This document shows positions 7,154 through 15,858 of a stretch of DNA of 34,203 nt, one piece after another. Origin of the DNA: Burkholderiales bacterium (GTDB taxonomy: Bacteria > Pseudomonadota > Gammaproteobacteria > Burkholderiales > Burkholderiaceae_C); NCBI GenBank assembly GCA_031427655.1, contig JANPNT010000403.1, forward strand, positions 1 to 34,203. Reading direction: 5' to 3'. Numbering within the stretch: the first letter of the stretch is position 1; each line of letters starts with the position of its first letter. Both the position numbers and the translations under genes were made by a program. Under the pieces are notes generated by a model, which saw nothing but the letters and a program-made list of their open reading frames with translations, was not told where the DNA came from and made no database searches.

Positions 7154-9333
7154 CCGACAAGCGGCGCACCATCCTGATAGTCGATGACGACGCCGATGCC
7201 CGTCTGGTCATGCGTGCGGCTTTGCGCAAGGCCGGCTTCGAAGTGCGTCTGGCCGAGGGCGGTGAAGACGCGCTGAGGCAATTTCGCGCCGAACCCTGCG
7301 ACCTGGTGATGCTCGACGTCGAAATGCCCGACCTGAGCGGGCACGAGGTTTGTGCCGTTCTGCGTGCCGAGGCCGGCCCCTTGCTGCCCATCGTCATGGT
7401 CACCGGCATGGACGATGTGGCGTCGGTCGAGACCGCCTACCAGCACGGCGCCACCGACTTCATTGCCAAGCCCGTCAACTGGGCGCTCATCGGCCACCGC
7501 GTGCGTTACCTGTTTCGAGGTCAGCAAGCCCTGCTCGACCTGCGTGCCGCCGAGGCGCGCAATGCGGCCATCTTGAACGCCATCCCCGACCTGCTGTTCG
7601 AACTTGATATCGACGGCCGCTACATCGACTACCGCGCACCAGACGCGCGGTTGCTGCACGCCCCGGCCGAAACCTTCCTTGGCAAGACCGTGACCGACAT
7701 CCTGCCTGCGGCGGCGGCTGAGGCTTGCCTGGCCTCCCTGCGAGCCGCGCATGAACACGGATCTTCGAGCGGGGCGCAGTTCGAGTTGTTGTTGCCGGAC
7801 GGAATTAAGTGGTTCGAACTGTCGGTGGCCAGCAAGGCCGCCGCGCCCGGCGAGAAGGCCCGGTTCATTGTTTTGTCGCGCGACATCACCGAACGCAAGA
7901 CCGCCGAGGCCGGCCTTGCCCGCCTGGCCTACGTCGACAGCCTGACCGGCCTGCCCAACCGGCTGGCGTTTCTGGAGCGCGTTGACCGCGAAGTCAGCAG
8001 CGCCGCGAAGCACAGCGAAAAACTGGCCATCTTGTTCATGGACCTGGACGGCTTCAAGAACATCAACGACTCGATGGGCCACGCCGCAGGCGACCTGCTG
8101 CTTCAATTGGCGGCCGAGCGGCTGCGCGAGGGTCTGCGGCCGTCCGACGTGCTTTCGCGCCCAATGCCGCTGGAAAATGAGGTCAGCAGCGGCACGGTCG
8201 ACCTCGCCCGCTTGGGCGGCGACGAATTCACTGCTCTGGTGCTGAGCATCGACTGCGCCGAAGACGCCGCCGCCGTCGCACGGCGCATGGGCGGCCTGAT
8301 GCGCAGGCCGTTTGTTCTGGAGGGGCGCGAAGTGACCCTGACCACCAGCATTGGCATTGCGGTGTACCCGCAAGACGGCTGCAACGGTGCCACGCTGCTC
8401 AAACACGCTGACACCGCCATGTACCACGCCAAGGCGTCGGGCCGCGACAACGCGCAGCTTTACAGCGCATCGTTGACCACCGAAATTCTGAACCGCCTGG
8501 AACTCGAAGCCGGCCTGCGTTCGGCGCTTCAGCATGAGCAATTTCATCTCCTCTACCAGCCGCAGATTGACACCGCCACGGGCAGGATCTGCGCAGTTGA
8601 AGCGCTGCTGCGCTGGAACCATCCGACGCGCGGTTTGGTGTCGCCGCTCGAATTCATTCCGCTCGCAGAAGAAAGCGGCCTGATTGAGCGCATCGGCCTG
8701 TGGGTGCTGCGCACGGCCTGTGCCGACGCGGCGCGCTGGAACCAGAATGGTCCGCCGCTGCGCGTCGCGGTCAACCTGTCACCCATCCAATTCAGCAACC
8801 CTGAACTTCCAACATTGGTGATGGACGCGGTGGCGCAATCCGGCTTGGCACCCGAACTGCTGGAGTTAGAAGTCACCGAAGGTGCCTTGATGGAAAACAC
8901 CGTGTCCACGCAAGCCGCCTTGCACGCCTTGCGAGCTGCCGGTGTGCACATCGCGCTGGATGACTTCGGCACCGGCTATTCCTCGCTGGCCTACCTGACC
9001 CGCATGCCCATCAGCCACATCAAGATCGACAAGTGTTTTGTGGCGGGTCTGCTGGACGGCGGCGAGAGCCAAGCCATCGTTCGTGCCGTGCTTGCCATGG
9101 CCAGCGCCCTGGGCATGCGCGTGACCGCAGAAGGGGTTGAGACGGTTGAACAAGCCCGGCTCCTGAAGGAGCTGGCCTGCGACACGCTGCAAGGCTTTTA
9201 TTTCAGTCGCCCGGTGTCAGCACAGACCATTCCAGGGCTGCGGGCAAAGTTCTGGACGCTCAGCGATTCGGGCCGCGCTGAAAGCGCCAACGCTCCCGAG
9301 CCAGCGCTCAAGCCAATGGCCCTTGTGTGGTGA
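7150..9333 (+). CDS. Response regulator with REC-PAS-GGDEF-EAL architecture (c-di-GMP synthase/phosphodiesterase)
   Basis: 727 aa. The ATG overlaps the kinase stop (ATGA at 7150-7153). REC is ILIVDDD...[12 protein letters not shown]...IAKP. A PAS-like segment follows ([21 protein letters not shown]). Intact GGDEF ([10 protein letters not shown]) with no RxxD I-site 5 residues upstream. Intact EAL set: [27 protein letters not shown]. Confidence 0.92.
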   Translation: MTDKRRTILIVDDDADARLVMRAALRKAGFEVRLAEGGEDALRQFRAEPCDLVMLDVEMPDLSGHEVCAVLRAEAGPLLPIVMVTGMDDVASVETAYQHGATDFIAKPVNWALIGHRVRYLFRGQQALLDLRAAEARNAAILNAIPDLLFELDIDGRYIDYRAPDARLLHAPAETFLGKTVTDILPAAAAEACLASLRAAHEHGSSSGAQFELLLPDGIKWFELSVASKAAAPGEKARFIVLSRDITERKTAEAGLARLAYVDSLTGLPNRLAFLERVDREVSSAAKHSEKLAILFMDLDGFKNINDSMGHAAGDLLLQLAAERLREGLRPSDVLSRPMPLENEVSSGTVDLARLGGDEFTALVLSIDCAEDAAAVARRMGGLMRRPFVLEGREVTLTTSIGIAVYPQDGCNGATLLKHADTAMYHAKASGRDNAQLYSASLTTEILNRLELEAGLRSALQHEQFHLLYQPQIDTATGRICAVEALLRWNHPTRGLVSPLEFIPLAEESGLIERIGLWVLRTACADAARWNQNGPPLRVAVNLSPIQFSNPELPTLVMDAVAQSGLAPELLELEVTEGALMENTVSTQAALHALRAAGVHIALDDFGTGYSSLAYLTRMPISHIKIDKCFVAGLLDGGESQAIVRAVLAMASALGMRVTAEGVETVEQARLLKELACDTLQGFYFSRPVSAQTIPGLRAKFWTLSDSGRAESANAPEPALKPMALVW

Positions 9334-9405
9334 GCTGCGCGGGTGGGCGGCCCAACGAATCAAGCTGCGGTCGGAAAAGCACAGCCGCCACACCGCAGTT
9401 CTCAT

Positions 9406-9432
9406 TCAAGCCGTCACCCCACCTGCCGATAA
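9406..9432 (+). promoter_or_regulatory. Sigma-28 (FliA)-dependent class III flagellar promoter for motAB-cheYZ
   Basis: TCAAG (9406-9410), N14, GCCGATAA (9425-9432). The -10 matches the FliA consensus perfectly, and TCAA-N15 spacing matches TAAA-N15-GCCGATAA. Lies 55 nt upstream of the motA ATG. Confidence 0.7.
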
Positions 9433-9486
9433 GAACGTGAGCAGAGCAGCGCACACAGCGCGCTCACAGATGGAGGTCTACTGACC

Positions 9487-10347
9487 ATGTTCGTTCTTGT
9501 TGGCTGGGGCATTGCCCTGGTGTGCATCTTCGGCGTCTACATCGTTCACGGCGGCAACATTGGCGTGATCTTGAAGGCATTGCCTTTTGAGCTGATCACC
9601 ATCTTTGGTGCGGCGGGCGGAGCGTTTCTGGCGAACAACCAGATGAAGGTCGTCAAAGCCTCCATCGCAGGTGTGGCCAAGTGCTTCAAAGGCAGCAAGT
9701 ACAGCAAAGCGCGCTACATGGAATTGATGGCGCTGATGTACGACATCTTGCAAAAGGCCCGCAAGGAAGGGCTGATGGCCATTGAGAACGATGTGGAAGA
9801 CCCGGCCAACTCGGCCATCTTCAAAAAGTACTCGGTGGTGGGCAGTGACCACCATGTGGTCGAGTTCATCACCGACTACCTGCGCATGATGGTGTCGGGC
9901 AATTTGAACGCGCACGAGATCGAAAGCCTGATGGACAGCGAAATTGAAACCCACCACAACGAAGAGCACGCCGCGGTGGCGGCGATTGCGCGCTTGGCCG
10001 GCGGCCTGCCCGCTTTCGGCATCGTGGCTGCGGTGCTGGGCGTGGTCAACACCATGGGCTCGGTAGGTCAGCCACCCGCGGTGCTGGGCGGCATGATTGG
10101 TTCGGCCTTGGTCGGCACTTTCTTGGGCATTTTGTTGGCCTACGGTTTTGTGGAGCCGCTGGGTGGCTTGCTGGAACAAAAAGTGGAAGACGGCTCGAAG
10201 GAGTTGCAGTGCATCAAGACCACGCTCTTGGCCAGCATGCAGGGCTACGCACCGCAAGTGGCGGTGGAGTTTGGGCGCAAGGTTTTGTATTCCGGTGATC
10301 GGCCGACTTTCAGTGAGCTAGAGAGCCACGTCAAAGGCAAAAAGTGA
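9487..10347 (+). CDS. motA: Flagellar motor stator protein MotA
   Basis: 286 aa. MFVLVGWGIALVCIFGVYIVHGGNIGVILKALPFELITIFGAAGGAF and the C-terminal TM3/TM4 region (GGLPAFGIVAAVLGVV...ALVGTFLGILLAYGFVEP) are canonical MotA. GGAGG at 9472-9476. Confidence 0.95.
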   Translation: MFVLVGWGIALVCIFGVYIVHGGNIGVILKALPFELITIFGAAGGAFLANNQMKVVKASIAGVAKCFKGSKYSKARYMELMALMYDILQKARKEGLMAIENDVEDPANSAIFKKYSVVGSDHHVVEFITDYLRMMVSGNLNAHEIESLMDSEIETHHNEEHAAVAAIARLAGGLPAFGIVAAVLGVVNTMGSVGQPPAVLGGMIGSALVGTFLGILLAYGFVEPLGGLLEQKVEDGSKELQCIKTTLLASMQGYAPQVAVEFGRKVLYSGDRPTFSELESHVKGKK

Positions 10348-10364
10348 TGACCCGGCACTGCCTT

Positions 10365-10436
10365 CCTTCGACAGGCTCAGGACGGTCGGAAACACGGGCT
10401 CAGGACGGTCGGAAATACAAGCTCAGCGCGAACGGG
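10365..10436 (+). repeat. REP-like element carrying an internal 23-bp tandem duplication, in the motA-motB spacer
   Basis: ccttcgacaggctcag, then [gacggtcggaaacacgggctcag][gacggtcggaaatacaagctcag], then cgcgaacggg. ggct/agct recurs at 10374, 10397 and 10420 (period 23). The flanking halves match the motif at 19546-19570. Confidence 0.85.
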
Positions 10437-10485
10437 TTATTTCGTTCTCTCCGAATCTCTAAACGCCTCTTGATGGGAGCACGTC

Positions 10486-11493
10486 ATGGCCGGTGATGCC
10501 AAAAAGCTGCAACCCATCATCATCAAACGCATCAAAAAGGGCGGTCACGCCGCCCACGGTGGCGCTTGGAAAATTGCCTATGCCGACTTCGTGACGGCGA
10601 TGATGGCTTTCTTCTTGTTGATGTGGCTGCTGGGCTCCACCACCGACGGCGACCGCAAAGGAATTTCCGACTACTTTGCATCGCCCATGAAAGTGGCCAT
10701 GCAAGGCGGCAGCGGGGCCGGTGATTCATCTCACGTCATCAAAGGCGGTGGCCAGGACTTCACCCGCACCGAAGGCCAAGTCAAACGCGGCGAAACCGAA
10801 GCCGAGCGCCGCACCATCAACCTCAAAGCATTGAAAGCCGAGCAGCGCCGCGCTGAAGCCGCGCGCCTGGACGAGCTGAAAAAGAAGGTGGAGGACGTGC
10901 TCGCGTCCAACCCCAAGCTGGCCGCCATGAGCTCGCAAATTCGTTTGGACATGACACCCGACGGCTTGCGCATCCAAATCGTGGACGACCAAAACCGCCC
11001 CATGTTTGACAGCGGCAGCGCGGTGGTGAAGCCCTACATGCGCGACCTGCTGCGTCAGATTGCCGAGGTGCTCATCGAGGTGCCCAACCGATTGACCATG
11101 GAAGGTCATACCGACGCAGCCGCGTTCGCAGGCAACCGCAGCGGTTTGGGTTCTAAAGTTCAAGCGTATGGGAACTGGGAGCTGTCCAGCGACCGCGCCA
11201 ACGCCTCGCGCCGTGAGCTGGTGGCGGGTGGGTTGCCTGATGCCCGCATGTTGCGTGTGCAAGGCTTGGCGGCCAGTTCGCTGTTCGAGCGAGACGACCC
11301 GCTCAGCCCCAGCAACCGACGCATCAGCATCATCGTGATGAACCGCGACGCCGAAGACCGTGTGTTGCGCACCTTCGCAGAAGCTCCCGATGTCTCTGTG
11401 CCCGGCTCTGCGGTGCCAGACCCGAACGACAGTACAAAAAATCTTCCTGTGGCCGCCGGGCCACCCTCAACTCCGTTCGTCGTTTCCCGATAA
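10486..11493 (+). CDS. motB: Flagellar motor stator protein MotB (OmpA-like C-terminal domain)
   Basis: 335 aa. N-terminus GGAWKIAYADFVTAMMAFFLLMWLL includes the conserved plug/TM region and Asp. C-terminus has LTMEGHTD...NWELSSDRANASRREL...NRRISIIV (OmpA/MotB peptidoglycan-binding motifs). GGGAG at 10475-10479. Confidence 0.95.
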   Translation: MAGDAKKLQPIIIKRIKKGGHAAHGGAWKIAYADFVTAMMAFFLLMWLLGSTTDGDRKGISDYFASPMKVAMQGGSGAGDSSHVIKGGGQDFTRTEGQVKRGETEAERRTINLKALKAEQRRAEAARLDELKKKVEDVLASNPKLAAMSSQIRLDMTPDGLRIQIVDDQNRPMFDSGSAVVKPYMRDLLRQIAEVLIEVPNRLTMEGHTDAAAFAGNRSGLGSKVQAYGNWELSSDRANASRRELVAGGLPDARMLRVQGLAASSLFERDDPLSPSNRRISIIVMNRDAEDRVLRTFAEAPDVSVPGSAVPDPNDSTKNLPVAAGPPSTPFVVSR

Positions 11494-11540
11494 GACTCAG
11501 ACCCCTCATACCCGTTCGCCGCTGATTCACAAGGATTGCC

Positions 11541-11945
11541 ATGAGCACCTCCACAGACATGAAGTTTTTAATCGTCGATGACTTCTCGACCATGCGCCGC
11601 ATCGTGCGCGGCCTGCTGAAAGAAGCCGGCTACGCCAATGCCGAAGAGGCCGAGGACGGTTTGGTGGCTTTGCAGACACTGCGCAACGGCAAGTTCGACT
11701 TTGTCGTCAGCGACATCAACATGCCGGTGATGAACGGCTTTGAGTTGTTGTCAGCCATCAAAAAAGACGACACCCTCAAGCACATCCCGGTGTTGATGGT
11801 GACCGCCGAAGCGCGCAGGGAAGACATCATTCGCGCCGCGCAAGACGGTGCTGCGGGCTACATCGTCAAGCCTTTCACCAAGGTCACGCTGGAAGAAAAA
11901 GTCCAGAAGATCATGCTCAAACTCACTGCCACAGCGGCCGCTTGA
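11541..11945 (+). CDS. cheY: Chemotaxis response regulator CheY
   Basis: 134-aa single REC domain. [24 protein letters not shown]...[18 protein letters not shown]...VLMVTAEA...AGYIVKPF closely parallels CheY. Confidence 0.93.
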   Translation: MSTSTDMKFLIVDDFSTMRRIVRGLLKEAGYANAEEAEDGLVALQTLRNGKFDFVVSDINMPVMNGFELLSAIKKDDTLKHIPVLMVTAEARREDIIRAAQDGAAGYIVKPFTKVTLEEKVQKIMLKLTATAAA

Positions 11946-11967
11946 ACGACTCAACGAGACCACCGCC

Positions 11968-12603
11968 ATGAAAATGAATGACTTGCCGTTGTCGGGCATG
12001 AACGCCGTCACCGAAGCCCCGCCCGCCGTGGTGTTTCAGCAGCTCGGCGCCATCACGCGCCAATTGCATGACGCGCTCAATCAACTCGGCGTCATGCCCA
12101 AGCTTCAGATCGCAGCGCAAGGCTTGCCCGACGCACGCAGCCGCTTGCATTACATCGCCGACAAGTCAGCAGCGGCGGCTGAAAAAGTGCTGAACGCAGT
12201 TGACCGCGCCAAGGCAGTGCACTTCACGCTCAACGAACAAACCCGTCAAATTGCCGCCGCGGTGCTGAAGGATCCCGTGCGCGCCGTCGCCACCGGTGCG
12301 GTGTTGAATTTCGTCGGCGAAATGGAAGCCGCCACTGAACGGGTGAACCAGCAACTGACGGAAATCATGCTGGCGCAAGACTTCCACGACCTCACCGGCC
12401 AGGTCATGGCGCGCGTGATTGCCTTGGCTTCAGACCTGGAGGACGGTTTGGTGAAGTTGCTGATTCAAGCCGCGCCGCACGAGGTGACGCAACGCACCGA
12501 TTTCGATTCCCTCGACGGCCCCGTGGTGGAGCCACAAGGCCGCACCGATGTGGTCAGCGGTCAAAGTGAGGTGGACGATTTGCTGGCCAGCATGGGGTTC
12601 TGA
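11968..12603 (+). CDS. cheZ: CheY-P phosphatase CheZ
   Basis: Within ORF 11848..12603. ATG 11968 lies 22 nt after the cheY stop. LPDARSRLHYI, MLAQDFHDLTGQV (catalytic Gln region) and the C-terminal CheY-binding peptide SEVDDLLASMGF all parallel E. coli CheZ. Confidence 0.92.
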   Translation: MKMNDLPLSGMNAVTEAPPAVVFQQLGAITRQLHDALNQLGVMPKLQIAAQGLPDARSRLHYIADKSAAAAEKVLNAVDRAKAVHFTLNEQTRQIAAAVLKDPVRAVATGAVLNFVGEMEAATERVNQQLTEIMLAQDFHDLTGQVMARVIALASDLEDGLVKLLIQAAPHEVTQRTDFDSLDGPVVEPQGRTDVVSGQSEVDDLLASMGF

Positions 12604-12643
12604 AGGCAGCCAGAACTTGCTGCCAACCCAAAGCTGAATCAAA

Positions 12644-12682
12644 GCGCGACGCCCTTCAACGGCCTCGCGCTTTTTTTATTTT
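12644..12682 (+). terminator. Rho-independent terminator after cheZ (possibly shared with the convergent DUF1841 gene)
   Basis: gcgcgacgcc (12644-12653), loop cttcaac, ggcctcgcgc (12661-12670). 10-bp stem with one mismatch, followed by tttttttatttt. Confidence 0.8.
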
Positions 12683-12692
12683 GCCGGCGAAT

Positions 12693-13124
12693 TCAGCGGC
12701 TCGCCCGGCGCCTGACGCAGTCGATGTATTTCTCGCCGTCAGGCGGCAGGCCGCTGCGCTGCGACATCCACATCATGTCGCCCAAACACTCCATCACCTC
12801 GTGCTGCGCTTCGTGTGCTGAGCCAAGCTTGGCACGCAAGGCTTCGAAGGCGGCCTTGATGCCGCGCGGCTGGTCGATGCTCACCTGTTCGCTGATTGAA
12901 AGGTGCATCGACAAATGCAGAAACGGATTGGTTTTGCCGCCTTCGATATCGAACACTGCCGCCAGTGCCTCGGCCTCGTTTTGCAGGTCGCGGTGATGCT
13001 CGGGGTGCTGCGCGATCCAGTCAGCCGCCACAGCCTCTAACGGCGTGAGCGGCGCGGCGTCTGTGTGTTTGCGGTAAGCGGTGCAAAAGAATGACCGCAC
13101 GTCGTTCTGAGAAGGTGTAAACAT
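12693..13124 (-). CDS. DUF1841 family protein
   Basis: C-terminal 143 aa of ORF 12693..13682, starting at ATG 13124-13122 with AGGAAGAG upstream. [19 protein letters not shown]...[15 protein letters not shown]...[17 protein letters not shown] resembles DUF1841. The upstream part of the long ORF is antisense to the nitroreductase gene. Confidence 0.8.
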   Translation of the reverse strand: MFTPSQNDVRSFFCTAYRKHTDAAPLTPLEAVAADWIAQHPEHHRDLQNEAEALAAVFDIEGGKTNPFLHLSMHLSISEQVSIDQPRGIKAAFEALRAKLGSAHEAQHEVMECLGDMMWMSQRSGLPPDGEKYIDCVRRRASR

Positions 13125-13175
13125 GCGAAATTCTCTTCCTTTTGTATACCCTTTCCCTCCCCCACGACTGCCTGC

Positions 13176-13751
13176 ATGAACATCACTACCGAACAAATCT
13201 TTGACCACGCCCGCACTCACAACGCCTTCACGGAACAACCCGTGCCCGAGGCCAGCCTGCGCGAGCTGTACGAAATGATGAAGTGGGGCCCCACCTCGGC
13301 CAATTGCAGCCCGGCGCGTTTGATTTTCATCAGCAGCCCCGAGGCCAAAGCCAAGCTGCTGGAATGCATGGGCTCGGGCAACGTCGACAAGACGCGCAGT
13401 GCGCCGGTCACCGCCATCGTCGGCATGGACATGCAGTTTTTCGACAAGCTTCCCCAGCTTTTTCCGCATGCCGATGCAAAGGCGTGGTTTGTCGGAAATC
13501 AGCCCATGATTGACGCCACCGCCTTTCGAAATTCCAGCTTGCAAGGCGCTTACTTGATGGTGGCCGCGCGCGCTTTGGGTTTGGACTGCGGGCCTATGAG
13601 CGGCTTTGATGCCGCCAAAGTGGACGCAGCTTTTTGGGCCGGCACGCCGGTCAAAACCAACTTTATTTGCAACTTGGGCCACGGGGTACCTGCGGCGCTG
13701 TTCGCGCGCAGCCCGCGCTTGTCGTTTGAGGAGGCTTGTCAGATTCTTTGA
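13176..13751 (+). CDS. Nitroreductase-family protein (malonic semialdehyde reductase RutE-like)
   Basis: 191 aa. [37 protein letters not shown]...VTAIV...[26 protein letters not shown] is typical of the RutE/YdjA-type nitroreductase fold. Confidence 0.85.
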   Translation: MNITTEQIFDHARTHNAFTEQPVPEASLRELYEMMKWGPTSANCSPARLIFISSPEAKAKLLECMGSGNVDKTRSAPVTAIVGMDMQFFDKLPQLFPHADAKAWFVGNQPMIDATAFRNSSLQGAYLMVAARALGLDCGPMSGFDAAKVDAAFWAGTPVKTNFICNLGHGVPAALFARSPRLSFEEACQIL

Positions 13752-13903
13752 CGATTTCTTTCACAAGCGCAGTTGCACATGCTGAGGTTTGCTTACACGG
13801 GCAGGTTTGACCCTCTATTTCTCGCGTTGAAATAGCAAGGGTCGATTCAAACTCGAATGAGGTTCCCGCCTTTGATTGGCATCGGGATTGTTGGAGTGAA
13901 GCG

Positions 13904-15040
13904 TTGAATTCGAGTGTCTTGAATGGGTTGTTGGCTCGCGTCCGGTTCGTCCACTTCGCGTGGATGCTGCTGTGCACGCTCAGTCTGAGCGCTTGCACCA
14001 CCACCAGCCTTGTCATCAGCGCTGCAGGTCTGGCCACTGACACCAGCATCACCTGGGCCATCGCCAAACACGTTCACCAAACAATCACCGAAGGCGATCC
14101 AGTTCCCTGCATACAACTGAACTCTGTCCAGCGCGCGCTGGCCGAACGCTGCGGTAGTTTTGTGCCCGGCAGCATCAAAGCGGCCGACGTTGAATACGTG
14201 GGCTTCGGTGTGTGTCCACTGAGCGTGGCAGCGCGCGATCCGCAGTTTTGGCCAGTCATGACCGAGCTTCTGCAAAAGGGTGCGCGGTTGCAAAACTGCC
14301 AGCAATCGCCCCTGGTCGATTTGGCGCAGGCCCACGCTTGCCCTGACTTTCAAGCCGCCACGCCGGCCTCACTTCGCAGCCTCACCAGCTTGGCGCAAAT
14401 CGATGGCCGTGCGGTTCACCACGATGTGCTGCGCATGCTCAGTTGCCCCAGCAGCCGCAGCGCGGGCTTGGACCGTTTGATCGACCGCTGGATGGCGCAG
14501 GACCAGCTGCCTCTGAGCGGGCTCAGCTTCAGCCCCTTGAGCGCGTTGCATCCCGACCACTTGAATTCAACGCTGGCCATGGCGCTGCAAGCGCAAGGCC
14601 ACACCATTCAGGCCGCGCTCGCCGCGCAAGACGGCAAGCTGCCGTCGGGGTTTGAGGCGGCATTGCGTGCCAGCCACTGGCAAGCGCTGGAATGGTGGTT
14701 GGCGCGGCGGCCTCAATTAGCGCAAAGCGTGCCACCCGCCAAAAGCACCCAGTTGCCGTGGCTTCCCTTGGCCCGCGTGCTGGTGCCGCAGTTTTTAGAT
14801 CAGCCCGAGACGCAAGCTGACATGCTGAATTTCTTGATTGCTCGCGGCGCCAGCCCGCTGCAAGTGCTGCCGGCGGACAACGGCAAAACCGTGCTGGCTT
14901 ACGCCACGCAACTCAAGAGTCCAATGATCAAGTTGCTGAGCGCTGCCAGCACGGCACCCGCTTCAACTGCGCTCAAAGGCGCTGCCCAACCAGCGGTTTT
15001 TGCCAAACAAGGCACACCCCAGGAGCGTCGCATCCCTTAA
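13904..15040 (+). CDS. Hypothetical lipoprotein, Cys-rich, with a possible degenerate ankyrin-like C-terminal repeat
   Basis: 378 aa. TTG 13904 follows GGAG at 13893-13896. Lipobox LSLSAC. Third-position GC is high. No family recognised, though MLNFLIARGASPLQVLPADNGKTVLAYATQLKSPMIKLL is ankyrin-like. Confidence 0.7.
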   Translation: MNSSVLNGLLARVRFVHFAWMLLCTLSLSACTTTSLVISAAGLATDTSITWAIAKHVHQTITEGDPVPCIQLNSVQRALAERCGSFVPGSIKAADVEYVGFGVCPLSVAARDPQFWPVMTELLQKGARLQNCQQSPLVDLAQAHACPDFQAATPASLRSLTSLAQIDGRAVHHDVLRMLSCPSSRSAGLDRLIDRWMAQDQLPLSGLSFSPLSALHPDHLNSTLAMALQAQGHTIQAALAAQDGKLPSGFEAALRASHWQALEWWLARRPQLAQSVPPAKSTQLPWLPLARVLVPQFLDQPETQADMLNFLIARGASPLQVLPADNGKTVLAYATQLKSPMIKLLSAASTAPASTALKGAAQPAVFAKQGTPQERRIP

Positions 15041-15129
15041 ATCGGGGAAGCTCGTCAAAGGCTGCTTGGCATACGATGCAACGCAAGAAGCGCAAGCCTG
15101 CGCACCTTCAAGCACTCCGGGAGCCTGGC

Positions 15130-15858
15130 ATGAAAGTTTTGCTGATCGACGACCATCCGTTGATCTTGTCCGCGCTGCAAACCATCATCCAAGGCTTGGG
15201 TGAGCATGTGAATGTGGTGTGCTCCAGCACCGCTCGCCAGGCGCGTGAATTGCTCATCACGGACTCTGATTTTGACTTGGTGTTGTTGGATCTGCAGCTC
15301 GGTGACGCCGACGGCTTCGACGTGTTGGTGGAGTTCCGCGCTGCCTACCCCGCCCTTCCGGTGGTGGTGGTATCAGCCAGCGACCGCTCCAGCGACGTGA
15401 TCCGCTCCATTGATTTGGGAGCGATGGGGTTTGTGCCGAAACGTGCTTCCAACGCCACCTTGTTTGAAGCCTTGCACTTGGTGATGTCGGGCGGCATTTA
15501 CGTGCCACCCATGGCCATGGGCTTCGAGCGTGCGGATGTCGTCGGCGACCTTCAACATCCGCCCACTGAGCTGAACCAGGTGCGCGATTCGGCCCAGAGC
15601 AGCCACTTTCAAACGCCGCTTGACTTGAGCACATTGGGTCTGACGCCGCGGCAAAACGAAGTTCTGGGCTTGCTGCTGCAGGGCAAACCCAACAAGCTGA
15701 TCGCGCGTGACTTGAGCCTGTCGGTAGACACCGTCAAAGACCATGTGGCCGCCGTGCTGCGGGCTTTGAAAGTCAGCTCGCGCACGCAAGCCGTGCTGGC
15801 CGTGAGCCAGATGGCGCACACACCGCGCGGCGTGGTCGCATGGAGCAAAACCGGTTGA
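15130..15858 (+). CDS. NarL/FixJ (LuxR)-family response regulator
   Basis: Within ORF 15076..15858. ATG 15130 follows GGGAG. REC is KVLLIDDHPLI...LVLLDLQLGDADG...GFVPK. C-terminal LuxR HTH is LTPRQNEVLGLLLQGKPNKLIARDLSLSVDTVKDHVAAVLRALKVSSRTQAV. The REC-HTH linker is unusually long (about 45 aa). Confidence 0.9.
   Translation: MKVLLIDDHPLILSALQTIIQGLGEHVNVVCSSTARQARELLITDSDFDLVLLDLQLGDADGFDVLVEFRAAYPALPVVVVSASDRSSDVIRSIDLGAMGFVPKRASNATLFEALHLVMSGGIYVPPMAMGFERADVVGDLQHPPTELNQVRDSAQSSHFQTPLDLSTLGLTPRQNEVLGLLLQGKPNKLIARDLSLSVDTVKDHVAAVLRALKVSSRTQAVLAVSQMAHTPRGVVAWSKTG

Noticed and set aside
4646-8622. Long minus-strand ORFs (4646..5665, 339 aa; 5669..7108, 479 aa; 7024..8622, 532 aa) antisense to the kinase and GGDEF-EAL genes
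   Set aside because: Arg/Ala/Gln/His-rich low-complexity translations with no recognisable motifs. They are typical shadow ORFs of high-GC genes, while the plus-strand products carry complete, ordered catalytic motifs.
9364-9397. ctgcgg...ccgcag pairing after the GGDEF-EAL gene as a terminator
   Set aside because: The stem is only 6 bp, the loop is 22 nt, and the T-tract is poor. It is not convincing enough to annotate.
11499-11525. gccgctga upstream of cheY as a second sigma-28 promoter
   Set aside because: Only 6/8 match in the -10, and no TAAA/TCAA element at the required 15-nt spacing. cheY is 47 nt from motB and is most simply co-transcribed.
13125-13682. N-terminal 186 aa of ORF 12693..13682, which would make a 329-aa protein
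   Set aside because: That part is antisense to the well-supported nitroreductase gene (13176..13751). A DUF1841-like product starts cleanly at ATG 13124 with AGGAAGAG upstream.
13809-13843. Long imperfect hairpin (gaccct-ctatttc...gaaatag-ca-agggtc) downstream of the nitroreductase gene as an intrinsic terminator
   Set aside because: No T-tract follows it, and the stem is AT-rich with a bulge. It could be a protein-binding palindrome or a weak terminator, but the evidence is insufficient to call.
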